Origin: Gemmatimonadales bacterium
Lineage (GTDB): Bacteria > Gemmatimonadota > Gemmatimonadetes > Gemmatimonadales > GWC2-71-9
NCBI GenBank assembly: GCA_013812695.1
Contig: JACCSZ010000190.1
Location: 497-64,496 of the forward strand
Reading direction: 5' to 3'
DNA length: 64,000 nucleotides
In this document: positions 49,596-59,181 of the stretch, piece after piece
Numbering within the stretch: the stretch's first letter is position 1
Layout: every line of letters starts with the position of its first letter
The notes under the pieces: model-generated
Database searches by the model: none
Told to the model about the DNA's origin: nothing
What the model saw: only the letters and a program-made list of their open reading frames with translations
Made by a program: the position numbers and the translations under genes

Positions 49596-52500
49596 TTAGA
49601 CGGGAACGGGCGACGCACCCGCCAGGGAGGGCTCGGCGGGCGGGGCGTCCTCCCGCTTGACCCTGAACCAGGCGGCATACATTGCCGGCAAGGCCAGCAG
49701 CGTCAGCACCGTAGCGACGATCAGCCCGCCCATGATCGCCACGGCCATGGGGCCCCAGAAAACCGATCGCGACAGCGGGATCATGGCCAGCACGGCGGCT
49801 GCCGCCGTGAGCACGATCGGCCGCAGCCGGCGCACGGCGGATTCGACGATCGCGTCCCAGGCGGGCACGCCCCGGGCGCGATCCTGCTCGATCTGGTCGA
49901 TGAGGATCACCGAATTGCGCTGGATCATGCCCATGAGCGCGATCACCCCCAGCAAGGCGACGAATCCGAATGGCCGTCCCAGCAGCAGCAAGGCGCCCGC
50001 CACACCGGCGATGCCCAGCGGTCCGGTGATGAACACCAGCATGGCGCGGCTGAAGCTGTGCAACTGCAGCATAAGGAGCGTGAAGGTGATGAACAGCATG
50101 ATGGGCACGCCCGCCGAGATGGACGATGTTCCCTTGGAGCTCTCCTCCACCGCGCCGGCCACCTGGATCTGGTAGCCCAGCGGCCACTTCTTCTCCAGCG
50201 CCTTCAGCTGCGGCAACAACTCGTCGGTCACCGTGGCGCCCTGCATTCCCTCGACCATGTCGCCTTGCACGGTGATCGCATAGTCGCGGTTCTCGCGCCA
50301 CATCACGCCCGGCTCCCAGCTGAACACCGGCTTTGCGATCTGCGTGAGCGGAATGGATTTGCCCGAAGCCGTCGGCAGGTAGGCGTTGCCGAGGTCGGTG
50401 ATGGCGTTGCGCTCGTCCAGCGGCTGGCGCAGCACGATGTCGATCAATTTGTCGCCTTCGCGGTACTGGCCCACGTTGGTGCCCGACAGGATGGTCTTGG
50501 CGGCCTGGGCGATGGACTGGCTGGTCACGCCCAGCGCGCGGGCCTTGGACTGGTCCACCTCCAGGCGCAGCACCTTGACCGACTCGTTCCAGTTGTCGTT
50601 CACGCCTCGCGTGTTCGGGCTGGCGCGCATGACCGCCTTGACCTCGTCGGCGCGCTCGCGCAGTCCGATGGGGTCGGGACCGACCACGCGGAACTGCACC
50701 GGGTACGGGATCGGCGGGCCGTTGGGCAGCAGCTTGACGCGTCCGCGCACTTCCGGAAATTCCTGCGCAAGGAGGGCGGGAAGTTTCACTCGCAGCGTTT
50801 CGCGCACTTTCAAATCCACGGGCAGCACAATGAACTGGGAAACATTGGTCTGGGGAAAAACCTGGTCGAGCGGCAGGTAGAAACGCGGCACGCCCGAACC
50901 CACCCAGGTGCTCACGGAGGTCACGCCCGCTTCGCCGCGCAGGCGCTGTTCCACCCGCTTGGTGACCTCTTCGTTGGCGGCGAACGAGGTCCCTTCCGGG
51001 AACCAGACGTCCACCATGATCTCGGGCCGGCTGGAATCCGGGAAGAACTGCTGCTGCACCTTGCCCATGCCGACGATGCCCAGCGCGAACGTAAGCACCG
51101 TGGCGCCGATGGTGATCCAGCGATGTTCCACGCACCAATCGACGGTGCGCCGGAACGTGCGGTAGAACGGCGTGTCGAAATGCTCGTGATGGTCGGGCTC
51201 CGCCGGGGTGGGTCCAACCGTGGAAGGACGCGAGGCTTTGGCCTCGCGTTTATCCGTCAACAATATCGTGCCAAGGTACGGGACGAAATACACCGACACC
51301 AGCCAGCTCAACACCAAAGCGATCACGGTGACCGCGAAGATGGCGAACGTGTACTCGCCCACCGTGGACTTTGCCATGCCGATCGGCAGGAATCCCGCGG
51401 CCGTGATCAGCGTGCCCGTGAGCATCGGCATGGCGGTGATCTCGTAGGCGAACGTCGCGGCGCGCACCTTGTCATAGCCCTCCTCCATCTTGCGCACCAT
51501 CATCTCCACGGCAATGATCGCGTCATCGACCAGCAGGCCCAGCGCGATGATGAGCGAGCCCAGCGAGATCTTGTGCAGGCCGATGCCCCAGTAGTCCATC
51601 GCCAGGAAAGTCACCGCCAGCACCAGCGGTATCGTGATGCCCACGACCAGGCCCGGCCGCATATCCACGTAGTAGCGCTTCCACAGCGGCAGCATGGCCG
51701 CGTCGGGGCGCTTGTGCAGCCCCAGGGCGATGAAGCTCACCGCCAGCACGATGAGCACGGCTTCGATCAGCGTACGGACAAATTCGTTGACGGAGTTGGC
51801 CACGGCGCGGGGCTGGTCCTGGATCTGCACCAGCTTGATGCCGGCCGGAAGCCCGTCCTCGATCCGGTTAAACGTCGTCTTGAGCGATTGTCCGAGGCGG
51901 ATGATGTCGCCGCCCTTGGCCATGGAAACGCCCAGGGCGATGACTTCCTTGCCCTGGTGACGCACCTTGACCGCCGGCGGATCGGCGTAGCCGCGCTTGA
52001 TCTCCGCGATGTCCCCCAGGCGCAACTGGTTGCCCGAGGACCCGCGTATCGGCATTGCGCGCAGTTCCTCCACGGCCTCGAACTGGCCGCCGACCCGAAC
52101 CTGGACCACGTCCAGCGGCGTCTGCACGGCTCCTGCGGACTCCACCGCATTCTGCTGGCTCAACTGCTGCAATACCTGCGTCAAATCCAGCCCGAGCTGC
52201 GCCAGGCGTTTCTGCGAGATCTCGACGTAGAGCTTCTCGTCCTGGACGCCGAACAGTTCGACCTTGGCAACATCCTGCACACGCAGCAGCTGCTGGCGCA
52301 CATCGTCGGCGAAGGCCTTGAGTTCCGCGTAGTTGAATCCGTCCGACTCCAGCGCGTAGATCACGCCATAAACGTCGCCGAAATCGTCATTGAAGAAAGG
52401 CCCCTGGATGCCGCCGGGCAGCTGGAACCGCATGTCGCCGATCTTCTTGCGCACCGTGTACCAGACATTGGCCACGTCGCCGGGCTTGGACGAATCCTTG

Positions 52501-52811
52501 ATCTGGAAAATGATCTGCGATTCGCCCGGCTTGGAGTAGCTGCGTATCTTGTCGGCATAAGGCGCCTCCTGCAGCGCCCGCTCGATCTTGTCGGTGACCT
52601 GCTCGGCGACCTGCTGCGCCGTCGCGCCCGGCCAGTAGGTGCGAACCACCATGGCGCGGAAGGTGAAAGGCGGGTCCTCGTCCTGGCCAAGCTGGAAGTA
52701 CGAAGCGAAGCCCAGCAGCATCAGCACCACCATCAGGTAGCGCGTGAGCGCCGGGTGATCGAGCGCCCATCTGGAGAGGTTGAAACCTTCTTTGGGTTGT
52801 GCCTGCGTCAT
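49596..52811 (-). CDS. RND-family efflux transporter, inner-membrane permease (AcrB/AcrD/AcrF family)
   Basis: 1071 aa with two large periplasmic loops and 12 TM segments. Typical motifs FNLSRWALDHPALT, GLLVDDAIIAVE, VLTLLALPAMYA. Confidence 0.9.
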   Translation of the reverse strand: MTQAQPKEGFNLSRWALDHPALTRYLMVVLMLLGFASYFQLGQDEDPPFTFRAMVVRTYWPGATAQQVAEQVTDKIERALQEAPYADKIRSYSKPGESQIIFQIKDSSKPGDVANVWYTVRKKIGDMRFQLPGGIQGPFFNDDFGDVYGVIYALESDGFNYAELKAFADDVRQQLLRVQDVAKVELFGVQDEKLYVEISQKRLAQLGLDLTQVLQQLSQQNAVESAGAVQTPLDVVQVRVGGQFEAVEELRAMPIRGSSGNQLRLGDIAEIKRGYADPPAVKVRHQGKEVIALGVSMAKGGDIIRLGQSLKTTFNRIEDGLPAGIKLVQIQDQPRAVANSVNEFVRTLIEAVLIVLAVSFIALGLHKRPDAAMLPLWKRYYVDMRPGLVVGITIPLVLAVTFLAMDYWGIGLHKISLGSLIIALGLLVDDAIIAVEMMVRKMEEGYDKVRAATFAYEITAMPMLTGTLITAAGFLPIGMAKSTVGEYTFAIFAVTVIALVLSWLVSVYFVPYLGTILLTDKREAKASRPSTVGPTPAEPDHHEHFDTPFYRTFRRTVDWCVEHRWITIGATVLTFALGIVGMGKVQQQFFPDSSRPEIMVDVWFPEGTSFAANEEVTKRVEQRLRGEAGVTSVSTWVGSGVPRFYLPLDQVFPQTNVSQFIVLPVDLKVRETLRVKLPALLAQEFPEVRGRVKLLPNGPPIPYPVQFRVVGPDPIGLRERADEVKAVMRASPNTRGVNDNWNESVKVLRLEVDQSKARALGVTSQSIAQAAKTILSGTNVGQYREGDKLIDIVLRQPLDERNAITDLGNAYLPTASGKSIPLTQIAKPVFSWEPGVMWRENRDYAITVQGDMVEGMQGATVTDELLPQLKALEKKWPLGYQIQVAGAVEESSKGTSSISAGVPIMLFITFTLLMLQLHSFSRAMLVFITGPLGIAGVAGALLLLGRPFGFVALLGVIALMGMIQRNSVILIDQIEQDRARGVPAWDAIVESAVRRLRPIVLTAAAAVLAMIPLSRSVFWGPMAVAIMGGLIVATVLTLLALPAMYAAWFRVKREDAPPAEPSLAGASPVPV

Positions 52812-52818
52812 GTCCGGC

Positions 52819-53970
52819 TCACTTCGCGGCGGGCTGCGCCGCGGGCGCCTGGGCGACCGCGTGGGTTGCAGCCACCTTGGCCTGGTAGATCACGACTTTC
52901 TGGCCGGCGGAGAGCACGTGCACCCCGGCCGACACCACCAGCATGCCGGGCTGAAGCCCCGACGAGATCACGGCCTCGTTGCCGTCCGCGGTGGCAATCT
53001 GAACCGGCTGGGACTGGAGTGTCATCGAGGCCTTGTCCAGCACCCAGACCGCCGTGCCCGCCCCTTCCTTGCGTAACGCGCTGGTGGGCAGCTTGATGAC
53101 GGGCGTGCCGGCATGGCTCAATGCCTGCGGCGACACGTAAGCCGTCGCTCCGAGCGCCGGCATTGCGGATGCATCCAGGGACACTTTGACCGGGTAGGTC
53201 CGCGTCGCGGGGTCGGCGCTGGCGGCGACTTCACGCACCTTCCCGGCGAGGGCCGTGCCGTCGGACCAGATGCGCACCGCCACTGCGGAACCCGGCTTGA
53301 TCGCCGCCACCTTGTCCTCCGGCACCGAGAACACGACGTCGCGCGCGCCATCCTGTGCGATCCGCACGACGGGCGTCCCGGCGCTGACGACTTGCCCCGG
53401 CTCGGCCTCGACCGCGGTGACCACACCGGAAACGTCGGCAACAAGATGGGTATAGCCCGCCTGATTGCCCTGCGAGGCGAGCTGCGCCCTGGCCTGGTCG
53501 ACCTGCGCCTGGGCTGCCTTGAGATTGGTTTCGCGGCGTTCAAGTTCGGCGCCGCTGATGAAGTTCTGGTCCTTGAGGGCGGCGAACCGCTTGAAATCCG
53601 CGGCAGCCAGGTCGCGGTTGGTGCTGGCCGCGGCCACCTGCGCCCGAGCCGCGTCCGCGGCCAGCTGGTAATCGCGGGGATCGAGCTGGGCCAGCACCTG
53701 GCCGGCTTTCACCTGCTGGCCGAGTTCGGCCTGGCGCTTCACGATCTTGCCGGCCACCCTGAAACCCAGCCGGGATTCCACCCGCGGGCGGACCTCACCC
53801 GCGAACTCATAGCCCGACTTGATGGTTTCGACCCCGACAGCCATCACCTTGACCGAGCGCACCGGCTCTTGGGGCACTTCGCTTTTGGAGCACGCCACCA
53901 TCATCAGCGAAGCAGCAAGAGCAAGCGGGAGCAAGGCGCGCGAATGGCGAACTGAAAGCACTGAAGTCAT
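52819..53970 (-). CDS. RND efflux periplasmic adaptor (membrane fusion protein), lipoprotein
   Basis: Lipobox LMMVACS. Coiled-coil hairpin (AADAARAQVAAASTNRDLAAADFKRFAAL...NLKAAQAQVDQARAQL). Beta-barrel/lipoyl-type segments. Confidence 0.85.
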   Translation of the reverse strand: MTSVLSVRHSRALLPLALAASLMMVACSKSEVPQEPVRSVKVMAVGVETIKSGYEFAGEVRPRVESRLGFRVAGKIVKRQAELGQQVKAGQVLAQLDPRDYQLAADAARAQVAAASTNRDLAAADFKRFAALKDQNFISGAELERRETNLKAAQAQVDQARAQLASQGNQAGYTHLVADVSGVVTAVEAEPGQVVSAGTPVVRIAQDGARDVVFSVPEDKVAAIKPGSAVAVRIWSDGTALAGKVREVAASADPATRTYPVKVSLDASAMPALGATAYVSPQALSHAGTPVIKLPTSALRKEGAGTAVWVLDKASMTLQSQPVQIATADGNEAVISSGLQPGMLVVSAGVHVLSAGQKVVIYQAKVAATHAVAQAPAAQPAAK

Positions 53971-54077
53971 GACAAACCTAAGCTAAAAGTAACTAACTAC
54001 AATCACTAATGACTGACCGGTTAGTAATCTAGGATAATTGCCTAGGCTTGTCAAGCGACAATCCGCAGGCCAACGAC

Positions 54078-55100
54078 ATGCTTGCCACCCCCCGATCCGC
54101 CCCCGAGATGCTGGCGCTGCTGCGCGGCGTGTCGCGTTCCTTCTATCTTTCCATCCGCTTGTTGCCGGCGCCTTTGCGGCGCCCGATCGCGGTGGCGTAC
54201 CTGCTTGCGCGCGCGGCGGACACGCTCGCGGACACCGGGGACCTGCCTGCGGGCGAGCGGCAAGCCGTGCTCCAGAAATGGGCCAGCGCAGTGGCGGGCG
54301 GCGCCGGCGCGTCGGCTGCCTCTGAACTGGCCGCCATGTTCGCGCCACTGCAACACGACGACGCGGAGCGCAAGCTCATCATGGCACTGCCGCTGTGCCT
54401 GTCCTGGCTCGACGAGCTGGCCGCGCCGGACCGCGACGATGTCCGCGCGGTCCTTCACCACATCACGGACGGCCAGGCACTGGACATCGAGCGCTTCACG
54501 AGCGGTAAAACACCCAGCGCGCTGGAATCGGCCGCGCAACTGCACGAATACACCTACCTCGTCGCGGGCTGCGTGGGCGAATTCTGGACGGATCTGTGCG
54601 CACGTCACGTTCCCGGTTTTGCGAGGCTGCCGCTGCGGCAGATGCGTGAACTGGGGCGGGGATTCGGCGTGGCGCTGCAACTGGTCAATATCCTGCGCGA
54701 TGCCGGTCCGGACCTGGCCGCCGGGCGGTGCTACTTTCCCGCCGGCGAACTGGCGGCCGCGGGCCTCGCGCCGGAAGACATATTGCGCGAACCCGCTCGC
54801 TTCGAAGCCGTCTGGCACCGGTGGCAAGTGCAAGCCGGGCAAGGCCTGGAGCTGGGCATGCGCTACGCCGATGCGGTGAACAACCGGCGCGTGCGCGCGG
54901 CCTGCGCCATTCCCGCCTTGCTGGCTGCCCGCACGCTGGCGCTGATGCGGGCTGCGGGTTCGGCGCGGCTGCAGCACAAGGTGAAAGTGCCTCGCCACGA
55001 AGTTCGCGCCATCCTGGCGCGCCTGGCCGTGACACTCGCGGGCCGAGCCCCGCTGCAGTCGTCGTTTGCCCGCCTGCGATGGGACAATCCCGGCCCATGA
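54078..55100 (+). CDS. Squalene/phytoene synthase family protein (HpnC-position paralogue)
   Basis: VSRSFYLSIRLLP, DxxxD-type ARAADTLAD, NILRDAGPDLAAGRCYFP. ATG 54078 is preferred over the TTG at 54048. The sequence is not the ENFPV-type N-terminus I associate with canonical HpnC. Confidence 0.7.
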   Translation: MLATPRSAPEMLALLRGVSRSFYLSIRLLPAPLRRPIAVAYLLARAADTLADTGDLPAGERQAVLQKWASAVAGGAGASAASELAAMFAPLQHDDAERKLIMALPLCLSWLDELAAPDRDDVRAVLHHITDGQALDIERFTSGKTPSALESAAQLHEYTYLVAGCVGEFWTDLCARHVPGFARLPLRQMRELGRGFGVALQLVNILRDAGPDLAAGRCYFPAGELAAAGLAPEDILREPARFEAVWHRWQVQAGQGLELGMRYADAVNNRRVRAACAIPALLAARTLALMRAAGSARLQHKVKVPRHEVRAILARLAVTLAGRAPLQSSFARLRWDNPGP

Positions 55101-55936
55101 CACCGCAAGAGTACGTGCAGGAGAAAGCCGCTGCCTCGGGGAGCAGCTTCTATTACGCCTTTCTGTTCCTGCCCAAGCCGCGCCGCGCCGCCATCACCGC
55201 CTTCTATGCGTTCTGCCGCGAGGTCGACGACGTCGTGGACGAAGTCAGCGACCCTTCGATTGCCCGGACGAAGCTGGCGTGGTGGCGGGCCGAAGTCGCC
55301 AAGTCGTTCCGTGGCGAGCCCAGCCACCCCGTCATGAAGGCCCTGATGCCCTGCGCAGCCGGCTTCGGCATCGAAGAGCGCCAGTTGCATGCGGTGATCG
55401 AAGGCTGCCAGATGGACCTGGAGCAGACCCGCTACCTGGACTTCCCCGGCCTGGAGCGTTACTGTCATCTGGTCGCGGGTGTGGTGGGCGAAGTCGCGGC
55501 GCGCATCTTCGGGCAATGCGACTGCGCGACCACGGGCTACGCGCACAAGCTGGGCCTGGCCTTCCAGCTCACCAACATCATCCGGGACGTCGGCGACGAC
55601 GCCCTGCGCGGGCGCATCTACATCCCCGTGAACGAGCTCCAGCAGTTCGACGTCAAGGCGCACGAGATCCTCAATCGCAAGTATTCCGATCGATTCCTCG
55701 CGCTCATGACGTTCCAGGCCGAGCGCACGCAGCGCCTGTACGACGAGGCCCTGGCCTTGCTGCCCGCCGCCGACCGGCGCAGCCAGAAGCCGGGTTTGAT
55801 GATGGCCAGCATCTACCGCACCTTGCTGCGCGAGATCCAGGGCGATGGCTTCCAGGTGCTGCACCAGCGCGTGAGCCTCACGCCGCTTAGAAAGTTCTGG
55901 CTGGCGTGGAAGGTGCAGGCCTTGGGCAGGCTGTAG
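55097..55936 (+). CDS. hpnD: Presqualene diphosphate synthase HpnD-like
   Basis: SGSSFYYAFLFLPKPRRAAITAFYAFCREVDDVVDE, NIIRDVGDDALRGRIYIP. ATGA overlap with the upstream paralogue. Confidence 0.75.
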   Translation: MTPQEYVQEKAAASGSSFYYAFLFLPKPRRAAITAFYAFCREVDDVVDEVSDPSIARTKLAWWRAEVAKSFRGEPSHPVMKALMPCAAGFGIEERQLHAVIEGCQMDLEQTRYLDFPGLERYCHLVAGVVGEVAARIFGQCDCATTGYAHKLGLAFQLTNIIRDVGDDALRGRIYIPVNELQQFDVKAHEILNRKYSDRFLALMTFQAERTQRLYDEALALLPAADRRSQKPGLMMASIYRTLLREIQGDGFQVLHQRVSLTPLRKFWLAWKVQALGRL

Positions 55937-56015
55937 GCCTGCGCGGACAGACCTTTGCAGAGACACGGTGGCTCTCTACCGGTTGAGCCGCGACGCGAGG
56001 ACTGTCCGGCGAAAA

Positions 56016-56717
56016 TCAGGCGCTACGAAACAGCTCACACAGTTGCGTGAGGTCGGTGACCGTCACATGCGGCTTCGCCTCATGGGGCCACAAATGGTCC
56101 GCGCGGTTGAGCCATGCGGCCTGCATGCCTGCGTTCAAGGCCCCCAGTACATCCAGCGTCGCGTCATCGCCCACGTGCAGCACGTCGGCAGGCGTCACAC
56201 CGACTGCGCCGGCGGCCGCGTGGAAGATGCGCGAATCGGGCTTGCCTGCCCCGAACTCGCGCGCCGATATGGCGGCGCGGAAATAAGAAGCCAGGCCGAC
56301 CCGCTCCAGGTCGGCGTTCCCATTGGACAAGCTGACCAGCGGAAAGCGCGCCGACAGAAACTCGAGTGACGGCCGGGCGTCGTCGAACAAGGTTACACGC
56401 TGGCGTTCGGCGAAGAAAACTTCGAAGGCCTGGTCCGCCAGCAGCGGATTCTCACCGGCGCGATAAAGCGCCAGGCGGATCGACTCACGGCGCAGGGCGC
56501 TCAAATCGTGCTTCAGCTCGGGCCGGTTGGCCGCCATGTGATCGCGAATCTCCCGCAGCGCCGACGGGCTCGAGAAAAGCGCGGCGGCCATGGGCGCATG
56601 CACCCCCATCCACTCGTGCAGCACCTTTTCAGCTCTTTCGATGATCGGCCAGATGGGCCACAGCGTGTCGTCAAGGTCGAGCGAGATGGCCTTGACTCTC
56701 GGTATATCCAGCATCAT
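56016..56717 (-). CDS. HAD-superfamily hydrolase (subfamily IA)
   Basis: Motif I ISLDLDDTLW, motif II SLSNG, motif III/IV GKPDSRIF...HVGDD. Start at internal MMLDIPR. The 600-aa ORF-track version is rejected. Confidence 0.75.
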   Translation of the reverse strand: MMLDIPRVKAISLDLDDTLWPIWPIIERAEKVLHEWMGVHAPMAAALFSSPSALREIRDHMAANRPELKHDLSALRRESIRLALYRAGENPLLADQAFEVFFAERQRVTLFDDARPSLEFLSARFPLVSLSNGNADLERVGLASYFRAAISAREFGAGKPDSRIFHAAAGAVGVTPADVLHVGDDATLDVLGALNAGMQAAWLNRADHLWPHEAKPHVTVTDLTQLCELFRSA

Positions 56718-56753
56718 GAGCGAACGTGGGGGTCCATTCAGTGAGAATACCTC

Positions 56754-57857
56754 ATGCTCTCCTCGCTTCCCTTTAGAAAAGAACCTGAATTCACCCACGG
56801 TACGGCGCCGCACACGGCCGTGCTCTACTGCAATCTCGGCACGCCCGACGAGCCCACGCCCGCGGCGGTGCGGCGGTACCTGGCGGAGTTCCTCGCCGAT
56901 CCGCGCGTGGTCGAAATTCCGCGCGCGGCCTGGCTGCCGCTGCTCCACGGCATCATCCTGCCGCTGCGCTCGGGCAAGTCCGCCGCGAAATACGCAACGA
57001 TCTGGACACCCGACGGGTCGCCGCTGAAGTTGTGGACCGAGAAGCAGGCCAAGCTGCTGCAGGGCTGGTTGGGCGAGCAGGGCCTGCGCGTCCCGGTTCG
57101 CTACGCGATGCGCTACGGGAATCCTTCGATTGCTTCGCAGCTGGACGCGTTGAAGTCCGACGGCGCCACGCGCATCCTGGTCCTGCCGGCCTATCCCCAG
57201 TATTCCGGCACCACCACCGCCAGCGTGGTGGACGCGGTGGCGTCGTGGGCAGCCGGCATCCGCCACTTGCCCGAGATTCGTTTCGTCAATCACTACCACG
57301 ACGATCGCGGCTACATCCAGGCCATCTTGCGCCGCGTCGAGCGCTACTGGCGCGAGCACGGGCGCGGCGAACACCTGGTCATGAGCTTTCACGGCGTACC
57401 AGAACGCACCCTGCACCTTGGGGATCCCTACCACTGCCAGTGCCAGAAGACGGCACGGTTGCTGGCCACGCAGCTGCGCCTGGAGACAGACCAGTACACC
57501 GTGGCTTTCCAGTCGCGGTTCGGCAAGGCCAGGTGGCTGCAACCCTACACCGAGCCGAGCTTGCGCGCCCTTGCCGCACGGGGTGTCGCGCGGGTCGACG
57601 TTGTCTGCCCGGGCTTCACCGGCGACTGCCTGGAAACCCTGGAAGAAATCGCGCAGGAGGGGCGCCAGGCCTTCCTCACTTCGGGCGGCAAGGACTTCCA
57701 CTACATCCCCTGCCTGAACGACGAGGCGGCCTGGATCGTGGCCCTGGGAAACGTGGCGCGGCAGCACCTCGCGGGCTGGCCCGCCGGCGAGCCGGCCGAC
57801 CCGCAGGCGCTGGCGCAATCCCGCGACGCAGCGGTGGCTAAGGGAGCGCCGCGGTAG
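56754..57857 (+). CDS. hemH: Ferrochelatase
   Basis: AVLYCNLGTPDEPT, RRYLAEFLADPRVVE, LPAYPQYSGTT, MSFHGVP, CPGFTGDCLETLEEI. Confidence 0.9.
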   Translation: MLSSLPFRKEPEFTHGTAPHTAVLYCNLGTPDEPTPAAVRRYLAEFLADPRVVEIPRAAWLPLLHGIILPLRSGKSAAKYATIWTPDGSPLKLWTEKQAKLLQGWLGEQGLRVPVRYAMRYGNPSIASQLDALKSDGATRILVLPAYPQYSGTTTASVVDAVASWAAGIRHLPEIRFVNHYHDDRGYIQAILRRVERYWREHGRGEHLVMSFHGVPERTLHLGDPYHCQCQKTARLLATQLRLETDQYTVAFQSRFGKARWLQPYTEPSLRALAARGVARVDVVCPGFTGDCLETLEEIAQEGRQAFLTSGGKDFHYIPCLNDEAAWIVALGNVARQHLAGWPAGEPADPQALAQSRDAAVAKGAPR

Positions 57858-58752
57858 CGGGGCTGGTGGAAGCGGCCGGCTGCGCCGCTTCGTGCCGATC
57901 GATGAACGCCGCCACCAGGTTCAGCTGTTCGGGCACGTTCAAGGCGGGCGCATGACCGCAACCGGCCACCTCGACGACACGCGCAAGACTGAGGCGTCCG
58001 GGACCGCGGCGCAACATTTCATCGGTGGCGTCGCGCAGGACGAGGTCGGAGTGCTCACCGCGCAGGCACAGCACGGGGACCTCGATCGCGTCGTAGTGCG
58101 CCCACAGTTCGTAGTCGTTCGGGTGATCGATGAACTGGCGCACCATGGCCGGGTCGTAGTGCGGGGTCACACGGCCGTCCGGCAACCGCCGCGTCGACGT
58201 TTCGGTCAGGCGCCGCCACTGCGCATCGCTCAGCCAGCCGTATGGCTTGTAGACCTCGCGGAAAAAAGCCTCCAGTTCGGCGATGGTGTCGAAGGCTGGG
58301 GGGTTGCCGGCATAGGCGCGGATGCGGGCGAGCGCGGCGTCGGCCAACCGCGGCGCGCTGTCGTTGACCACCAGGCTCTTGATGCGTCCCTTGAGCTCGG
58401 GCAGCACCAGCCCGCCCGCGCAGACCGTGCCGATCGCGCCGCCCATCGAGGTGCCGACCCAATGGGCCTGGCCGATGCCCAGGCGGTCGAACAGGCCGGC
58501 GGCCAGCTTCGCATAAAAAGCCAGGGTGTATTCGTTGCCCGGGTCAGGGCTCCATTGGCTCAGGCCCCGTCCCAGGGTGTCGGGGCAGATCACGCGGTAT
58601 CGGCCGGAAAGATGCTCCGCGAGTTCATCCATGTCGCGGCCGGTGCGTGCGAGGCCGTGCCAGGCGACCACGGTGCTGCTGTGTTGGGCGCCCCACTCGG
58701 TGTAGTGAATCTCGCGGCCGGCGCAGGTGGCGTAGCGTGAGCTGTACTTCAT
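57838..58752 (-). CDS. Alpha/beta-fold hydrolase
   Basis: HGLARTGRD, nucleophile elbow GTSMGG, C-terminal GCGHAP. Start at MKYSSRY (ATG 58750-58752). Confidence 0.7.
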   Translation of the reverse strand: MKYSSRYATCAGREIHYTEWGAQHSSTVVAWHGLARTGRDMDELAEHLSGRYRVICPDTLGRGLSQWSPDPGNEYTLAFYAKLAAGLFDRLGIGQAHWVGTSMGGAIGTVCAGGLVLPELKGRIKSLVVNDSAPRLADAALARIRAYAGNPPAFDTIAELEAFFREVYKPYGWLSDAQWRRLTETSTRRLPDGRVTPHYDPAMVRQFIDHPNDYELWAHYDAIEVPVLCLRGEHSDLVLRDATDEMLRRGPGRLSLARVVEVAGCGHAPALNVPEQLNLVAAFIDRHEAAQPAASTSPATAALP

Positions 58753-58787
58753 GATGGACCCCTTCGTGCCTGTTTTGCCTGCAAGCG

Positions 58788-59060
58788 CTACTTCAGCAGC
58801 TTGCCGGTGCTTCCAATGACGGTGACCTCGACAAAGCGCGATCCCACGCGGTTGCCGGGCGAGTAGCCCACATTGACGCCGCCCAGGTCGAAGTTGTTCA
58901 AGCCTTCCAGCGCCATCTGCTGGCCGGTGGTCGCCAGCACCCCCGAAAGGGGCGCCACCTGGGCAATGGTGATGTCCGCGATAGCGAGCGGCCCGAACAG
59001 GGCCAGGGCCAGGGCCAGGCCCGCGGCGCGACTGCGGCCCAACCATTTCCATTCATTCAT
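58788..59060 (-). pseudogene. Internally deleted branched-chain amino acid ABC substrate-binding protein (LivJ/K-like) remnant
   Basis: The 90-aa ORF joins a signal peptide and the first conserved strand (ADITIAQVAPLSGVLATTGQQM) directly to the family C-terminus (DLGGVNVGYSPGNRVGSRFVEVTVIGSTGKLLK). Full-length members are about 380 aa, so roughly 290 central residues are missing. Confidence 0.6.
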
Positions 59061-59181
59061 GAGTCAACTCCGGTACTGCTTTGGAAGTCCCTGAAATCTG
59101 TTGGCGGCGGTGACCGCAGGCGCGGCGCCGGCCGCGCCGGCCTTGAAATGCGAATGACGGCGGGGAGTGATCGACACAAAT

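Noticed and set aside
50058-53096. 1012-aa plus-strand ORF opposite the RND pump and adaptor (and similarly 59167-61797, 876 aa, opposite livM/livH)
   Set aside because: These are antisense to confidently identified membrane-protein genes. The translations are dominated by Arg/His/Gly/Asp/Gln runs, with no domain signatures.
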